Below the pieces are notes generated by a model. It saw only the letters and a list, made by a program, of their open reading frames with translations, made no database searches and had not been told where the DNA came from. Below, piece by piece: positions 8,816 to 18,654 of a stretch of 64,000 nt of DNA (position 1 is the stretch's first letter; the number at the start of each line of letters is the position of its first letter). Source of the DNA: Candidatus Versatilivorator sp. (lineage in GTDB: Bacteria; Acidobacteriota; Terriglobia; Versatilivoradales; Versatilivoraceae); the NCBI GenBank assembly GCA_965207735.1, contig OZ242296.1, forward strand, positions 2,304,001 through 2,368,000, in the 5' to 3' direction. The position numbers were made by a program, and so were the translations under genes.

Positions 8816-10797
8816 AACAGCGGTCGGCCGACCATGACCGGTTCCGGGGGGAGGCCGAACTCGGCCAGGATGGTGGGAGCCAGGTCGGTCAGGGCCGGCT
8901 TTTCCAGTCGGATCTTGCGATTGCTGATCAGAATCCCGGGAACCGCCTCGGCGTGGATCAGGTGGTCCCCGCTCCACTGGTCGAGATTGTCCTCCAGCAC
9001 CGTCTCCGGGAACCTGCCCAGGGTGGTTTCCCAGGAAGCCCGGTAGCCGCGGTGGTAGCCAAGGACCAGGTCGGGACCTGTCCGCGCCAGGGGGCCGTTG
9101 TAGATCCGGTCCGGCCGGTGCACCCGGGCCACCACCGCCTCCCCCGAGTCCGGATCGCGCAGCTCCAGCAGCCGGGCCGTGATTTCCCCGAGAAGCGCCT
9201 CCTCTTCCGCTCCCTTGCGGACGATCCCCCGCGGCTCCCTGCGGTAGAGGTTGAGGTAGAGTCCGTTGAAGCCGAACCCGTAGGCGCGGGTCCGGCTCCA
9301 GTCGACATTGCGCAGCATGCCATCCTCGGAGCCCCGCATCAGGGTGATGTACCCCTGCTGGCGGAGCCAGGTATTCAGATGAAAGGCGCGGTAAAAGGGA
9401 GCAAACCCGTGATCCGACATCACCAGCAGGGTGGTGCGGCCGTCGACCTCCTCCAACACCCGCCCCAGGACCCGGTCCATCTCGAGGTAAGCGTCGGGAA
9501 TCGTATCGGCATAGGGTGAATCCGGCTGAAAGCCCGGATGGCGGGGATCCATGTTCCTCCAGAACATGTGACTGAGCTGATCCAGCCGGCCCAGATAGAA
9601 GAAGAACAAGCCCTGCCGGAAGTCCCTCAAACCGGCCTCCAGCATCCGCAGCTCTTCCTCGAAGACCGAGTCCGCCTGCTGCAGGAACTCTTGCTCGTCC
9701 AGGATCCCCGAGGAAAGTGCCTTGGTGTCTTCGGGGATGCCCAGGGTCGAGAACAGACCAATCTGCTCGCACAGTCGGTGGCTGTAGTCGGCCGGCTGCG
9801 AGATCGGAAGTGCCGGATGGGAGGGGTGGATATTGACCGGGCTCACGTAGATCTGAAGGCGGGGGGCCACCTGCTTCAGATAGAAGCGGCAGATTCCCCG
9901 TACGCTGTGCAGCCAGGGCACCAACTCGAATTCGACCTCGATCCACTGGCTCCAGCTCCCTTCCTGCAGCAGAAACTGGCGGTCTCCGAGCTCGATCCGC
10001 ACCACCCGGCTCTCGGGGTCGACGGTTCCCTGGAAGGGCGCCCAGGCCTTGTCGATATCCGTCCTGAAGGGATTGGGCGGACCCATCAATCGGGACTGGA
10101 AACGACGGTCGCGAACCGTCAGGGGAATGACCTTCCCCCCGGACACCTCCCCGGAGGGAGTCTCCGGGTCCTGGGTGTAATAGGAGAAGGTGCCGTAGGT
10201 CCCCTGAAGATCGGGGGTGCCCATACCGGAGAGCTGGTGGCCGGACTCGCCGGCCGGTGGGAAGTTGGCCGGCGCGCGCAGTATGGCGGAGGGGATTCCA
10301 TGGCGGCCAAGGATCTCCCAGAAGGCGCTGCCGCGGCGCAAGAGCGTCACCCGGCCCGCCGAGAGCGGCACTCGCCAGGAACCCAGCGACAGTGCATAGG
10401 CGCCTTCCTCGCTGCGGGAGGTGGACAGGTAGGGTGAGAGGGTGGCCGGGTCCCGGTGAATGAAATCGAAGATTCCGTGCCCCCCCGGGTTCATGCCGGT
10501 GATGAAGCTGGACCAGGCCACGGGGCTTTGAGGAGGAATGCTGGTCCGCAAGGGGCGGAAATGATCTTCCTCCATGAAGCGGCCGAAGTTGGGCATCCGA
10601 CCCTGCTCCACGAACCGGGCCAGCAGGACCGGGTCCATGCCGTCGATGCCCAGCACGATCACCTTTTTGTCGGTGGCCGTCCCGGTGGAAGGCCCGGCCT
10701 GGCAGCAGGTCAGCGCCAGGGGCAGCACCAGGCCGGGCAGCCATGCCATTACCCTCTTGTGACCGCCGCGTGATCTGCCGGCTCTGGCCGGAACCAT
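8812..10797 (-). CDS. Alkaline phosphatase superfamily (nucleotide pyrophosphatase/phosphodiesterase-like), likely exported or a lipoprotein
   Basis: VIVLGIDGMD, SIPPQSPVAWSSFITG.NPG.HGIFDF, VMSDHGF and WSGDH; hydrophobic N-terminus ending in Cys. Confidence 0.85.
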   Translation of the reverse strand: MVPARAGRSRGGHKRVMAWLPGLVLPLALTCCQAGPSTGTATDKKVIVLGIDGMDPVLLARFVEQGRMPNFGRFMEEDHFRPLRTSIPPQSPVAWSSFITGMNPGGHGIFDFIHRDPATLSPYLSTSRSEEGAYALSLGSWRVPLSAGRVTLLRRGSAFWEILGRHGIPSAILRAPANFPPAGESGHQLSGMGTPDLQGTYGTFSYYTQDPETPSGEVSGGKVIPLTVRDRRFQSRLMGPPNPFRTDIDKAWAPFQGTVDPESRVVRIELGDRQFLLQEGSWSQWIEVEFELVPWLHSVRGICRFYLKQVAPRLQIYVSPVNIHPSHPALPISQPADYSHRLCEQIGLFSTLGIPEDTKALSSGILDEQEFLQQADSVFEEELRMLEAGLRDFRQGLFFFYLGRLDQLSHMFWRNMDPRHPGFQPDSPYADTIPDAYLEMDRVLGRVLEEVDGRTTLLVMSDHGFAPFYRAFHLNTWLRQQGYITLMRGSEDGMLRNVDWSRTRAYGFGFNGLYLNLYRREPRGIVRKGAEEEALLGEITARLLELRDPDSGEAVVARVHRPDRIYNGPLARTGPDLVLGYHRGYRASWETTLGRFPETVLEDNLDQWSGDHLIHAEAVPGILISNRKIRLEKPALTDLAPTILAEFGLPPEPVMVGRPLF

Positions 10798-10905
10798 GGT
10801 GCTCCTCGTTGGTGCGCCAGCCGACTGGTTTCGGGAGCAGGGCGGGTGGGCGCACCCGGTCGCTTGCTGTATACTACCCGGCGAGCCTGCCAGGAATTAG
10901 CCGGA

Positions 10906-11631
10906 ATGACCGATCCAACCGATTTCTTCGACCTGACCCAATTCGAGCACCGGGATCTTTGGCGCCGGGGCGATCGGGTGTGGGACGCCTTGAAACGGCT
11001 GCACGCCTACCTCGAAGCCCTGATCCCGCCCGGGTCCACCGACATTCAGGGGGAGGTCTCCCCGGGGGCCACGCTCCATGGAACGGGGATCCACATCGGC
11101 CCGGGCACGGTTGTGGAAGACGGCGCCCATATCGCCGGGCCCGCCTTGATCGGCAGTGACTGCCGGATCCGGCACGGCGCCTACGTCCGCGGAGGCGTGA
11201 TCGCCGGAGACGGCTGCGTCATCGGCCACGCCACCGAAGTGAAGGGCGCCATCCTGCTCGATCAGAGCAAGGCCCCCCACTTCGCCTACGTGGGAGACAG
11301 CATCCTGGGACAGGGAGCCAACCTGGGAGCCGGCACCAAGCTCTCCAATCTCACCCTGGTCAGCGCCAGGAACTCCGAGACCGGCCGACGGCCCACGCTG
11401 CAGATCCGCATAGACGACCGGACCTACGACACCGGCCTGACCAAGCTGGGCGCCATACTGGGAGATGACGTCCAGACCGGCTGCAACTGCGTCACCCACC
11501 CGGGGTGCCTGGTGGGTCCGCGCACGCTCATCTACGCCAACGTGGCGCTCCGAAAGGGCTACACCCCGGCCGACAGCCTGGTCAAGCTCAGCCAGGCCAC
11601 GACCGTGGTCACTCGACGCCGGAAGGACTAG
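10906..11631 (+). CDS. Left-handed beta-helix (hexapeptide) acyltransferase, GlmU C-terminal-like
   Basis: IRHGAYVRG, PHFAYVGDSILG, NLGAGTKLSN and KLGAILGD.VQTGCN.V.PG. Confidence 0.85.
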   Translation: MTDPTDFFDLTQFEHRDLWRRGDRVWDALKRLHAYLEALIPPGSTDIQGEVSPGATLHGTGIHIGPGTVVEDGAHIAGPALIGSDCRIRHGAYVRGGVIAGDGCVIGHATEVKGAILLDQSKAPHFAYVGDSILGQGANLGAGTKLSNLTLVSARNSETGRRPTLQIRIDDRTYDTGLTKLGAILGDDVQTGCNCVTHPGCLVGPRTLIYANVALRKGYTPADSLVKLSQATTVVTRRRKD

Positions 11632-11673
11632 CCCGCATTTCTCACCAGGGGGCTGGCGAGAAATGCGGGCTAG
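11628..11673. mobile_element. Collapsed family-G element; likely acts as a bidirectional terminator
   Basis: CTAG-CCCGCATTTCTC(A)CCAG...CTGG(C)GAGAAATGCGGG-CTAG; the two CTAG flanks contain the TAG stops of the convergent genes. Confidence 0.7.
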
Positions 11674-12419
11674 AGGTAGATCTCGCGGGCGTGGCCCCGC
11701 AGGTCCATCTCATAGTCGATGTCGACAATGGGCGGGCGGGCATAGTGCCACACGAGGCCGCGGAGGCTGGCAGCCCCCATCCGGGAGTGAATTCCCTCCT
11801 CGATGAAGGGGTGAATGTCGTACACGGTATAGACCGTGACCTCGGTTACCTGGGACCAGTCCTTCTCCAGGTCCACCAGGCGCTGATCCAGGATTTGCAT
11901 GACGGCCGCGTTCTTCTCCCGGATCGCCTCCGGCGAGGTGTCTCCGCTACGGACGATGGTGCTTCCCCCATCCGGCGAGGCCGTGATTTCACCGGCCCCG
12001 GCAGCCACGAAGGTGGACCGTTGCAGGCCGGGCGCCGGAGCGGTGAAGGCAAAGGCAAACAGCGAGGCCTCGGCGGGAGGACCCACTACCGGCGCCACGT
12101 TGGTTCTGGCCATGGGGTTGACCCCGTCCACCAGGATCCGCCAGTCGGCCACCAGGGATCGGTACCCCTGATTGAATTCGCTGAAGCCCTCGGCGGTGAA
12201 AGGGCGCGCACAACGCAGCTCTACGGCGCAGAGAGCCTGGCGCCGCCTTCCCTGTTCCTGCAGAAAGGCATCGATGAGATCGAAACCCTGACGCCAGGGC
12301 AGCAACTCTTTCAGCGTGACACGAACGATCTCGTAGCCCGGTGCGGAAACCACTCCGTCCGAAAAGGCTTCCCCTCCCGGCGCAAAGAGATAATTTCCTC
12401 CAGGATTATTGACAAGCAT
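11670..12419 (-). CDS. CnbZ-like (2-amino-5-chloromuconate deaminase-like, RidA-fold) protein
   Basis: GVVSAPGYEIVRV, ALCAVELRC..PF..GF..FN..Y, NPMARTNVAP and WHYARPPI.DIDYEMD resemble the CnbZ family as recalled. Confidence 0.7.
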   Translation of the reverse strand: MLVNNPGGNYLFAPGGEAFSDGVVSAPGYEIVRVTLKELLPWRQGFDLIDAFLQEQGRRRQALCAVELRCARPFTAEGFSEFNQGYRSLVADWRILVDGVNPMARTNVAPVVGPPAEASLFAFAFTAPAPGLQRSTFVAAGAGEITASPDGGSTIVRSGDTSPEAIREKNAAVMQILDQRLVDLEKDWSQVTEVTVYTVYDIHPFIEEGIHSRMGAASLRGLVWHYARPPIVDIDYEMDLRGHAREIYL

Positions 12420-12430
12420 GGCCACCTCCC

Positions 12431-13012
12431 TCAGTTGGATTGAATACGCAAGCCTTGACCGCCGCCCTCCTGCAGGGCGGGCAATATCTCCAGAATTTCC
12501 GCAAGTGTTTCCTTTTGAAGGCCTTGAAGCAGGTTGAGCCTCCCGTAGAGAAGGGTTCCCGGGCAGGGTCCTTGCAGGGCCCGGCTGATCGGCTCATCGG
12601 CTTCGACTCGAAGGAACGCCCTGGGTCGGCTCTGGTGCTCCAGCCGGTGGCGGTGGAGAATGGCCCCCAGGGGTCTCCGGCCCTGCAGGATCTCCTCTCT
12701 TGCCGGTAGGGGAAAAGCACCCAGGTGAATCCGAATGGCCCCGAACACCACCGGAATCCCCTCTTGCTCCAACATCAGCAGGACCTGTCGCGTGAGCAGG
12801 CCCCCGGATATCCATTGTTGCACGACCCGTAGTTGGATCGGCTGGCCAAAGGCCGCCTCCAGGGTGGGGGTCATGTCCCGCTCGTGAACCAGCAGCCTCC
12901 GGTAGGGTTGGGGCACCTCCTCCCCGTCCAGGCGGAAGACGGCGGGCGGCGGCGCCCCCATTCGGTCGTAGCACTCTCGGAGCGGGTAAAGCAGGTCAGC
13001 GCGATGATCCAT
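12431..13012 (-). CDS. Chorismate-lyase (UbiC)-like fold protein
   Basis: LLVHERDMTPTLE, RQVLL, VFGAIRI, PLGAIL, YGRLN and LAEILEILP. Confidence 0.6.
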   Translation of the reverse strand: MDHRADLLYPLRECYDRMGAPPPAVFRLDGEEVPQPYRRLLVHERDMTPTLEAAFGQPIQLRVVQQWISGGLLTRQVLLMLEQEGIPVVFGAIRIHLGAFPLPAREEILQGRRPLGAILHRHRLEHQSRPRAFLRVEADEPISRALQGPCPGTLLYGRLNLLQGLQKETLAEILEILPALQEGGGQGLRIQSN

Positions 13013-13183
13013 TCCAGAGGCCCGATGCGCCGAACAGCCCGATCGCGGTTCCACCGAACCGCCGCCTTCGATTCAGCCTGTGGGAGTCCTGCGACCTAAA
13101 GGAATTGTGGCGGCGCCGGGCAACGGTAAGAACCCATCCAAACAGGTCGCCGCCGCAGGGCTATCCTAGCACAAATGGAAGAA

Positions 13184-13209
13184 AGTCCCCGGGCGGACGC
13201 CCGGGGACC
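13184..13209. terminator. GC hairpin (family D, CCCGGGCG..CGCCCGGG) downstream of htrA
   Basis: GTCCCCGGGCG-GA-CGCCCGGGGAC perfect stem; related copies at about 6176, 15590, 29942 and 34115. Confidence 0.55.
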
Positions 13210-13226
13210 GTTGAATTGCGGCAGTT

Positions 13227-14744
13227 TCAGGGAAGGGTGGCGGCCAGGTAGAGAGTGACCGCCTCCCCGGCGTCGGGTTGGCCCCGTTTCACCAGGAACA
13301 GGACATCACTGCCCGACTGAAGTTCTCCAGACAGCTTGGCCAGCCGTGCGGGGCTGGTAACAGCCGACTTGTTGAGCTCCAGCAGGACGTCCCCGGGCCT
13401 CAGGCCGGCGTCATCGGCCACGCTTCCGGGCTCCACCTCCAGGATCAGGACCCCGACCGCCTTGTCGCCCAGTTGGCGCTTCCATTGGGGCGAAAGGTCC
13501 TGGACACGCAGGCCCAGCTCGAGGCTGTCGGACCCCTGACCCGGCCCCGATTGGGCCACCTGCTGCTCGGCAAAGACCTCGGACCGGTCCCCCACGGTCA
13601 ACCTGGCCGTCCGCTTCTTGCCCTCCCGGAGGAATTCGACCTCCACCGTCTCTCCGGGCGCCGTTTCGGACAGCATGGGATAGAGGTCGGCCGGCTCGCC
13701 GATCTTGGTGCCGTTGAATCCGACGATAACGTCACCCGGTTGCAAACCCGCCCGGTCCGCCGGACCATCCTTGGGCCGGACCTGCTGGACGATGACTCCC
13801 TTGCCGTCGGTGGCTCCCAGGGCTCTCAGGGCCTGTGGACTGGCCTCGGTCTGCATGCTGATCCCCAGGGCGCCCCGGGTGACCCGGCCATGCTTGACAA
13901 GCTGGTTGTAGACCTGAATGGCGGTATTGGAGGGAACGGCAAAACCGACTCCGGAGTTGTCGCCGGAGGAACTCAGGATGGACGTGTTGACCCCGATCAC
14001 CTCCCCGGCCAGGTTCACCAGCGGACCGCCGGAATTGCCCCGGTTGATGGCGGCATCGGTCTGCAGAAAGCGCTGCCACTGGGACCGGCCGCGCCGAGCG
14101 GTAGCGCTGATGATTCCGGCGGTGACCGTACGTTCCAGGCCGAAGGGACTGCCGATGGCCAGGACCCAGTCTCCCCGACGCATGCCGTCCGAGTTGCCCA
14201 ATCTGGCGGCTTCCAGCGGCTTCCCGGCATCGATCTCGATCACCGCCAGATCGGTGTAGCTGTCGCTGCCGACGATCTTGGCCGGAAACTCCTCGCCCGA
14301 GGCCAGTTCTACCTGAATCTTGTCGGCGCCGTTGACGACATGATGGTTGGTGAGGATATATCCCTTGGCGTCGACCACAAATCCCGAGCCCAGGGACTCG
14401 CGCTTGTGACTTCGATCCGGCGGCAGGTCCCCCCCGAAGTAGCGGTGGAAGAAGTCGAAGGGATCCTGAAACTGTTGTCTCCCTCCACCGCCCCGGCCCG
14501 GCATCCGGAAGCGATGCCTCCTCACCAGGGTTTCGGTGTTGATGTTGACCACGGCCCGATCGACCGCGTCCGAGACCTCCGAAAAGCGGGAAGACAGCTC
14601 GGCGGCCGTCGGAACATTGAGGGTGGCGGGCGCGGGCGGCGCCGTGCTGGCGTCAAGAGGCTGATGCATCAACCTCCCGGCAACCTGGCCCACCACCAGG
14701 GCGGCTGCAATCGCTCCCGCGGCGATGATCTTGTTGGCGTTCAT
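13227..14744 (-). CDS. Do/DegQ (HtrA) serine protease with two PDZ domains
   Basis: LGSGFVV, TNHHVV, TDLAVI and LQTDAAINRGNSGGPLVNL; two PDZ repeats; N-terminal signal or TM segment. Confidence 0.93.
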   Translation of the reverse strand: MNANKIIAAGAIAAALVVGQVAGRLMHQPLDASTAPPAPATLNVPTAAELSSRFSEVSDAVDRAVVNINTETLVRRHRFRMPGRGGGGRQQFQDPFDFFHRYFGGDLPPDRSHKRESLGSGFVVDAKGYILTNHHVVNGADKIQVELASGEEFPAKIVGSDSYTDLAVIEIDAGKPLEAARLGNSDGMRRGDWVLAIGSPFGLERTVTAGIISATARRGRSQWQRFLQTDAAINRGNSGGPLVNLAGEVIGVNTSILSSSGDNSGVGFAVPSNTAIQVYNQLVKHGRVTRGALGISMQTEASPQALRALGATDGKGVIVQQVRPKDGPADRAGLQPGDVIVGFNGTKIGEPADLYPMLSETAPGETVEVEFLREGKKRTARLTVGDRSEVFAEQQVAQSGPGQGSDSLELGLRVQDLSPQWKRQLGDKAVGVLILEVEPGSVADDAGLRPGDVLLELNKSAVTSPARLAKLSGELQSGSDVLFLVKRGQPDAGEAVTLYLAATLP

Positions 14745-15013
14745 TGTTTCTTCGTCTCCTTTCATTAGGTTTCTCCTGAATTCCTGACTGGATCTCAGGA
14801 AGCTGCGCAAACTCCGCCAGGGAATAGAGCAATCGGGGTGCCAAAGTCTTCCAATAGGCTCCATGGGAACATAATCTATTTATTTTCTATATGTTATAAG
14901 CATGTTCTCCCGGTGGGAGCGCTGGGGCAGTGTCAGCCCGAGCGCCCTTTTGGCATGATCGGCGGCTTCATTTGCGCCGATTCTGCACAAGAGGATTGCT
15001 GCCGCGGCGAAAT

Positions 15014-15575
15014 GGCTTGTCTGAAACAAACGACAAACGAAAAAAGGCAAAAGACAAAAGACCTATCCACGAAGGGGCACGAAGAACGACGAAGGGGCAC
15101 TAAGGCGCTGAGGTTAACCGCGACGGGGTACCAAGGTCGCGAAGGGTTGATCGATTTCTGATTGTTTCACTCTCGTATGATCCGCACACCGGAGCGGGGG
15201 CGGGACTTGTCTGAAACAACCGTCAAACGACAAAACGACAAAAGAAAAAGACTTTTCCACGAAGGGGCACGAAGAACGACAAAGGGGCACTAAGGCGCTG
15301 AGGTTGGCCGCGACGGGGTACCAAGCTCGTGAAGGGATGGTCGATTTCTGGTTGTTTCACTCCCGAATGATCCGCACACCAGGGCGGGGGCCGGACTTAC
15401 CTGAAACAAAAGAAAAAAGACAAAAGACTTATCCACGAAGGGGCACGAAGAACGACGAAGGGGCACTAAGGCGCTGAGGTTAACCGCGACGGGGTACCAA
15501 GGTCGCGAAGGGTTGATCGATTTCTGATTGTTTCACTCTCGTATGATCCGCACACCAGGGCGGGGGCGACACTTG
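15014..15575 (-). repeat. Tandem array of three family-B units (reverse orientation)
   Basis: Reverse complement of the 6985-7535 units, starting GGCTTGTCTGAAAC. Confidence 0.9.
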
Positions 15576-16330
15576 TTGGCAATTGACAATCCCCGGGCGA
15601 ACGCCCGGGCGACCCATCGAGCCGCGGAGCGGCGCCAGCAGGTAGCCGTGGGCGTGAGCCCATGGAATGGGGTAGCTCCACGTCGAGCCGCGTAGGCGGC
15701 GACAGCAGATGGCCGAAAGCGCGAGGCCCCGGAGACCGGCTCTCCTGAAACAACAGAAAAAAGAGTTATCCACGAAGGACGACCAAGGGCCACCAAGCGT
15801 GACGGCTCTGCCGCATCGGCAGGGCGCGGCCCGGCAAGCCGGCGCGTGCCCCCTTGAGGAGCAAGAGTGATGGGAGGACGACCCACCCGGGAGCGCGGGC
15901 GTCCCGCCCGCATCCTCTGCCTTGGGTTGCCGCTCAGTTTCCCTGCGATAGCGCACCCGTCCACCGTGCCGGTGGGAATCGCATGGGCTCGGCCGAAGCA
16001 GAGGTATGGCGCCCTTGCCGGTCGACCCGGGGCGAGGAGATGGGCGAGGCTTTGCCAGTGTTGTGCGGGCGGGACGCCCGCGCTCCCGGCTGGGCTTTCT
16101 CCCCTGACGCCGTGACACCAACGTCACAATTTTGCAGATGCACCCGGGCGCCGCTCGTCATTGAAGGTGCTCCATCCCTATTCGTGTTCATTCGTGCCTA
16201 TTCGTGGTTCGCTTTTTCCTCAAGCGATCCGCGCGGCGCTTCGGACAATCGTTTCCGCCACGCCAAACACACTCTTCACTCCTCGTTTTCTTCTCAAGAG
16301 TGCAACTCCTGGTGAGAAATGCGGGCCAGT
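15576..16330. repeat. Mosaic of REP-like elements (D, C, partial B/E, an F inverted pair, a G end)
   Basis: CCCGGGCGAACGCCCGGG; GTAGCCGTGGGCGTGAGCCCATGG; inverted pair CCGGGAGCGCGGGCGTCCCGCCCGCA (about 15887) / TGCGGGCGGGACGCCCGCGCTCCCGG (about 16064); CCTGGTGAGAAATGCGGGC at about 16308. Confidence 0.75.
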
Positions 16331-16376
16331 GGCTGGTGTGCCTGTGATATAAGGCCCCGCAGGAAGGTGCCCTCCC

Positions 16377-17570
16377 ATGGATGTAGTGGTGCAGAAATAT
16401 GGCGGGAGCTCGGTGGCGGATCTCCCCAGGCTGGAGGGTGTGGCCGACCGGATTGCCCGTAGCGCCGCCAGGGGCGAACGGATCTGCACCGTGGTGTCGG
16501 CCATGGGTCGAACCACCGACGACCTGCTGGCCCTGGCTCGCCAGGTGACGGAGACGCCCCCGCGGCGCGAGCTGGACATGCTGCTCTCGACCGGGGAGCG
16601 CATCGCCATGGCGCTGCTGGCCATGGCCATTCAGAAGCGGGGCCTGGAAGCCATCTCCTTCACCGGCTCCCAATCGGGAATCATCACCAACGACCGCCAC
16701 TCGGACGCCCAGATCATCGAGGTGCGCCCGGTGCGCATCCAGGACGAGCTGTCCCGAGGCAAGGTGGTCATCGTGGCCGGCTTCCAGGGGATGTCCTACC
16801 GCCGCGAGATCACCACCCTGGGCCGGGGTGGCTCCGACGCCACCGCTGTCGCCCTGGCTTCGGCCCTGGGCGCCTCCTACTGCGAGATCTGCTCGGACGT
16901 GGACGGCGTCTACACGGCCGATCCGCGGCGAGTGCCGGAAGCCTTTCTGCTGGAGAACGTCTCCTACGACGAAATGCTGGAACTGGCCGCCCACGGCGCC
17001 CAGGTCCTGAACGTTCAGGCGGTGGAGTGGGCCCGCAAGACCGGGGTCACCATCCTCACCAGCGCGGCTCACCGGGAGGGAGGCCACTCCCGGGTGGACA
17101 CCCGAGGCACAGGCCTGCCGGCCTGCGGAGTGACGGTTGCAGCCAACCTGGCTCGCCTGAGTTTCGGGGGCAGCGATGAGGAGCTGCGTACCCGGCTCGG
17201 GGAGTTGGGGCTGCCCTTCAGGCCTTGCCGGAGAGGCGCCCAAGGGGAAGCCTGCTGCGTGGTCGCCGCCGGCGAGCTTCCCGAATGGCCGGCGCTTCGA
17301 AGCAAGCTGAGCAGCCGCCTGGGCCGGCGGCTCACTCTCCACGAAGGGATGTCCGGACTGTCGGTGGTCGGAATGGGTCTGGCTTCCGACGCCGCCGGGC
17401 CGGCGCTGGAGACGGCCGGGCAGTCGGGAGTAGAGGTCCTGGGGGTGGAGTCGTCGCCGCGGCGGATCACCCTGCTGGTGGCCGAAAGTCAGGCCACCCG
17501 CCTCACCGCCGCCCTGCACCGGACCTTTATCGAGTCTACCGGCCGTCCCGCAGAAGATCCTCCAGGGTAA
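16377..17570 (+). CDS. lysC: Aspartate kinase
   Basis: [39 protein letters not shown] and [11 protein letters not shown]; divergent ACT region. Confidence 0.92.
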   Translation: MDVVVQKYGGSSVADLPRLEGVADRIARSAARGERICTVVSAMGRTTDDLLALARQVTETPPRRELDMLLSTGERIAMALLAMAIQKRGLEAISFTGSQSGIITNDRHSDAQIIEVRPVRIQDELSRGKVVIVAGFQGMSYRREITTLGRGGSDATAVALASALGASYCEICSDVDGVYTADPRRVPEAFLLENVSYDEMLELAAHGAQVLNVQAVEWARKTGVTILTSAAHREGGHSRVDTRGTGLPACGVTVAANLARLSFGGSDEELRTRLGELGLPFRPCRRGAQGEACCVVAAGELPEWPALRSKLSSRLGRRLTLHEGMSGLSVVGMGLASDAAGPALETAGQSGVEVLGVESSPRRITLLVAESQATRLTAALHRTFIESTGRPAEDPPG

Positions 17571-18465
17571 CCGTGGAAGAGGCTCCCGGCTCACCGGCCT
17601 TCAGGAAACTGACCAGGTCCAGCAACTGCTTCAAGGTATAGCGTTGGCCGTAGGTGTCAGGCATGGGAGAGCCGGGTTGCGGCTCCAGGGCCTGAACCCG
17701 ATCCCGGGGCAGGGTCCTCCGGACCGGCGGCAGCGCGGTGACGTCGTAGAACCGGACGCGCTGTTCCTGCTCGCCGGCCTTCAGCACCATCAGACGTTCC
17801 CCGGACACGGTGGTGAGCATGAAGCGCGCATGCCGGCTTGAAAGCCGGGCCCCCGGCAGGACGATGTCGCCCAAAATCCGGCTGGCGGGCCGATCCGCCA
17901 GCCCGCTGAGATCGGGGCCGACCTCCGCCCCCATCCCCCGGACGCGGTGGCACTGAGCGCAGTTGAGGTCGTCGGCGGCATCGAAGAACAGTTCCCGCCC
18001 CTTGTCGGGCTCGCCCGCCGGCCCGGCCGACGCCTTGCCCGTCTCGGGCAGGTCGGTCGTCTCGGCCGGCTCGGGCACCTGCGATTCCGGCAGGGGCGCG
18101 GCAGTGGCGGCCACCTCGGAGGCGCCGGACTGATCCGGATCGGAGAGCGCCATCACGTAGGCCACCAACGACCAGATCTCTTCCTGGCTGAGCTTGTCTT
18201 TCCATCCCGGCATGGAGGAGCGGGGGATGCCCTCCGCGGTCACCCGATAGAGATAGCCCGGCTCCCACTGCTTGCCGCGCAGGCGCGGGCCGCCGCCGGC
18301 TCTGCCCTCGGCTCCATGGCAATAGCCGACCGAACAGCTCCGGGCAAATAGGGTCCGGCCGACCCCGACCACGGCCGGGTCCTCGAGATCGACGCTGGGC
18401 TGCTGGGGCCAGGGCGCCCATAGAGGAGCACCGGCCAGCAGCAGGATCCTGATAAACCCGACCAT
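17536..18465 (-). CDS. Diheme c-type cytochrome, exported
   Basis: Signal peptide, CSVGYCH (CX4CH) and CAQCH motifs, GPDLS, and axial-Met motifs SMP. Confidence 0.8.
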   Translation of the reverse strand: MVGFIRILLLAGAPLWAPWPQQPSVDLEDPAVVGVGRTLFARSCSVGYCHGAEGRAGGGPRLRGKQWEPGYLYRVTAEGIPRSSMPGWKDKLSQEEIWSLVAYVMALSDPDQSGASEVAATAAPLPESQVPEPAETTDLPETGKASAGPAGEPDKGRELFFDAADDLNCAQCHRVRGMGAEVGPDLSGLADRPASRILGDIVLPGARLSSRHARFMLTTVSGERLMVLKAGEQEQRVRFYDVTALPPVRRTLPRDRVQALEPQPGSPMPDTYGQRYTLKQLLDLVSFLKAGEPGASSTVTLEDLLRDGR

Positions 18466-18567
18466 ATCTCATGCTCCCGAACGCTACCCGCCCCCCTGCC
18501 GAAGCAAGGGTCCTGAGCCCCGGCCGGCCCCTATTCGGGCCGGGTCGGCAATAATAATCTCACAAAC

Positions 18568-18582
18568 GAGCCTTTTGCAAAA
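18568..18582. mobile_element. Orphan family-H terminal repeat GAGCCTTTTGCAAAA
   Basis: Exact match to the left end of the LRR cassette at 23126. Confidence 0.6.
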
Positions 18583-18654
18583 TTCGTCGTGCAGCGCCGG
18601 GGACGTTTCACCTGCAGTCATCGGGCTGCCCGTGCATCCCTCGTCGCTTCCAGC

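Noticed and set aside
14838-16352. Small ORFs in repeat regions (also 7177-7715, 29791-30439, 50077-51035)
   Set aside because: Translations of repeat DNA that recur at each repeat copy, without RBS or coding bias.
16100-16376. Lysine riboswitch upstream of lysC
   Set aside because: No recognisable L-box consensus; the region is made of repeat fragments.
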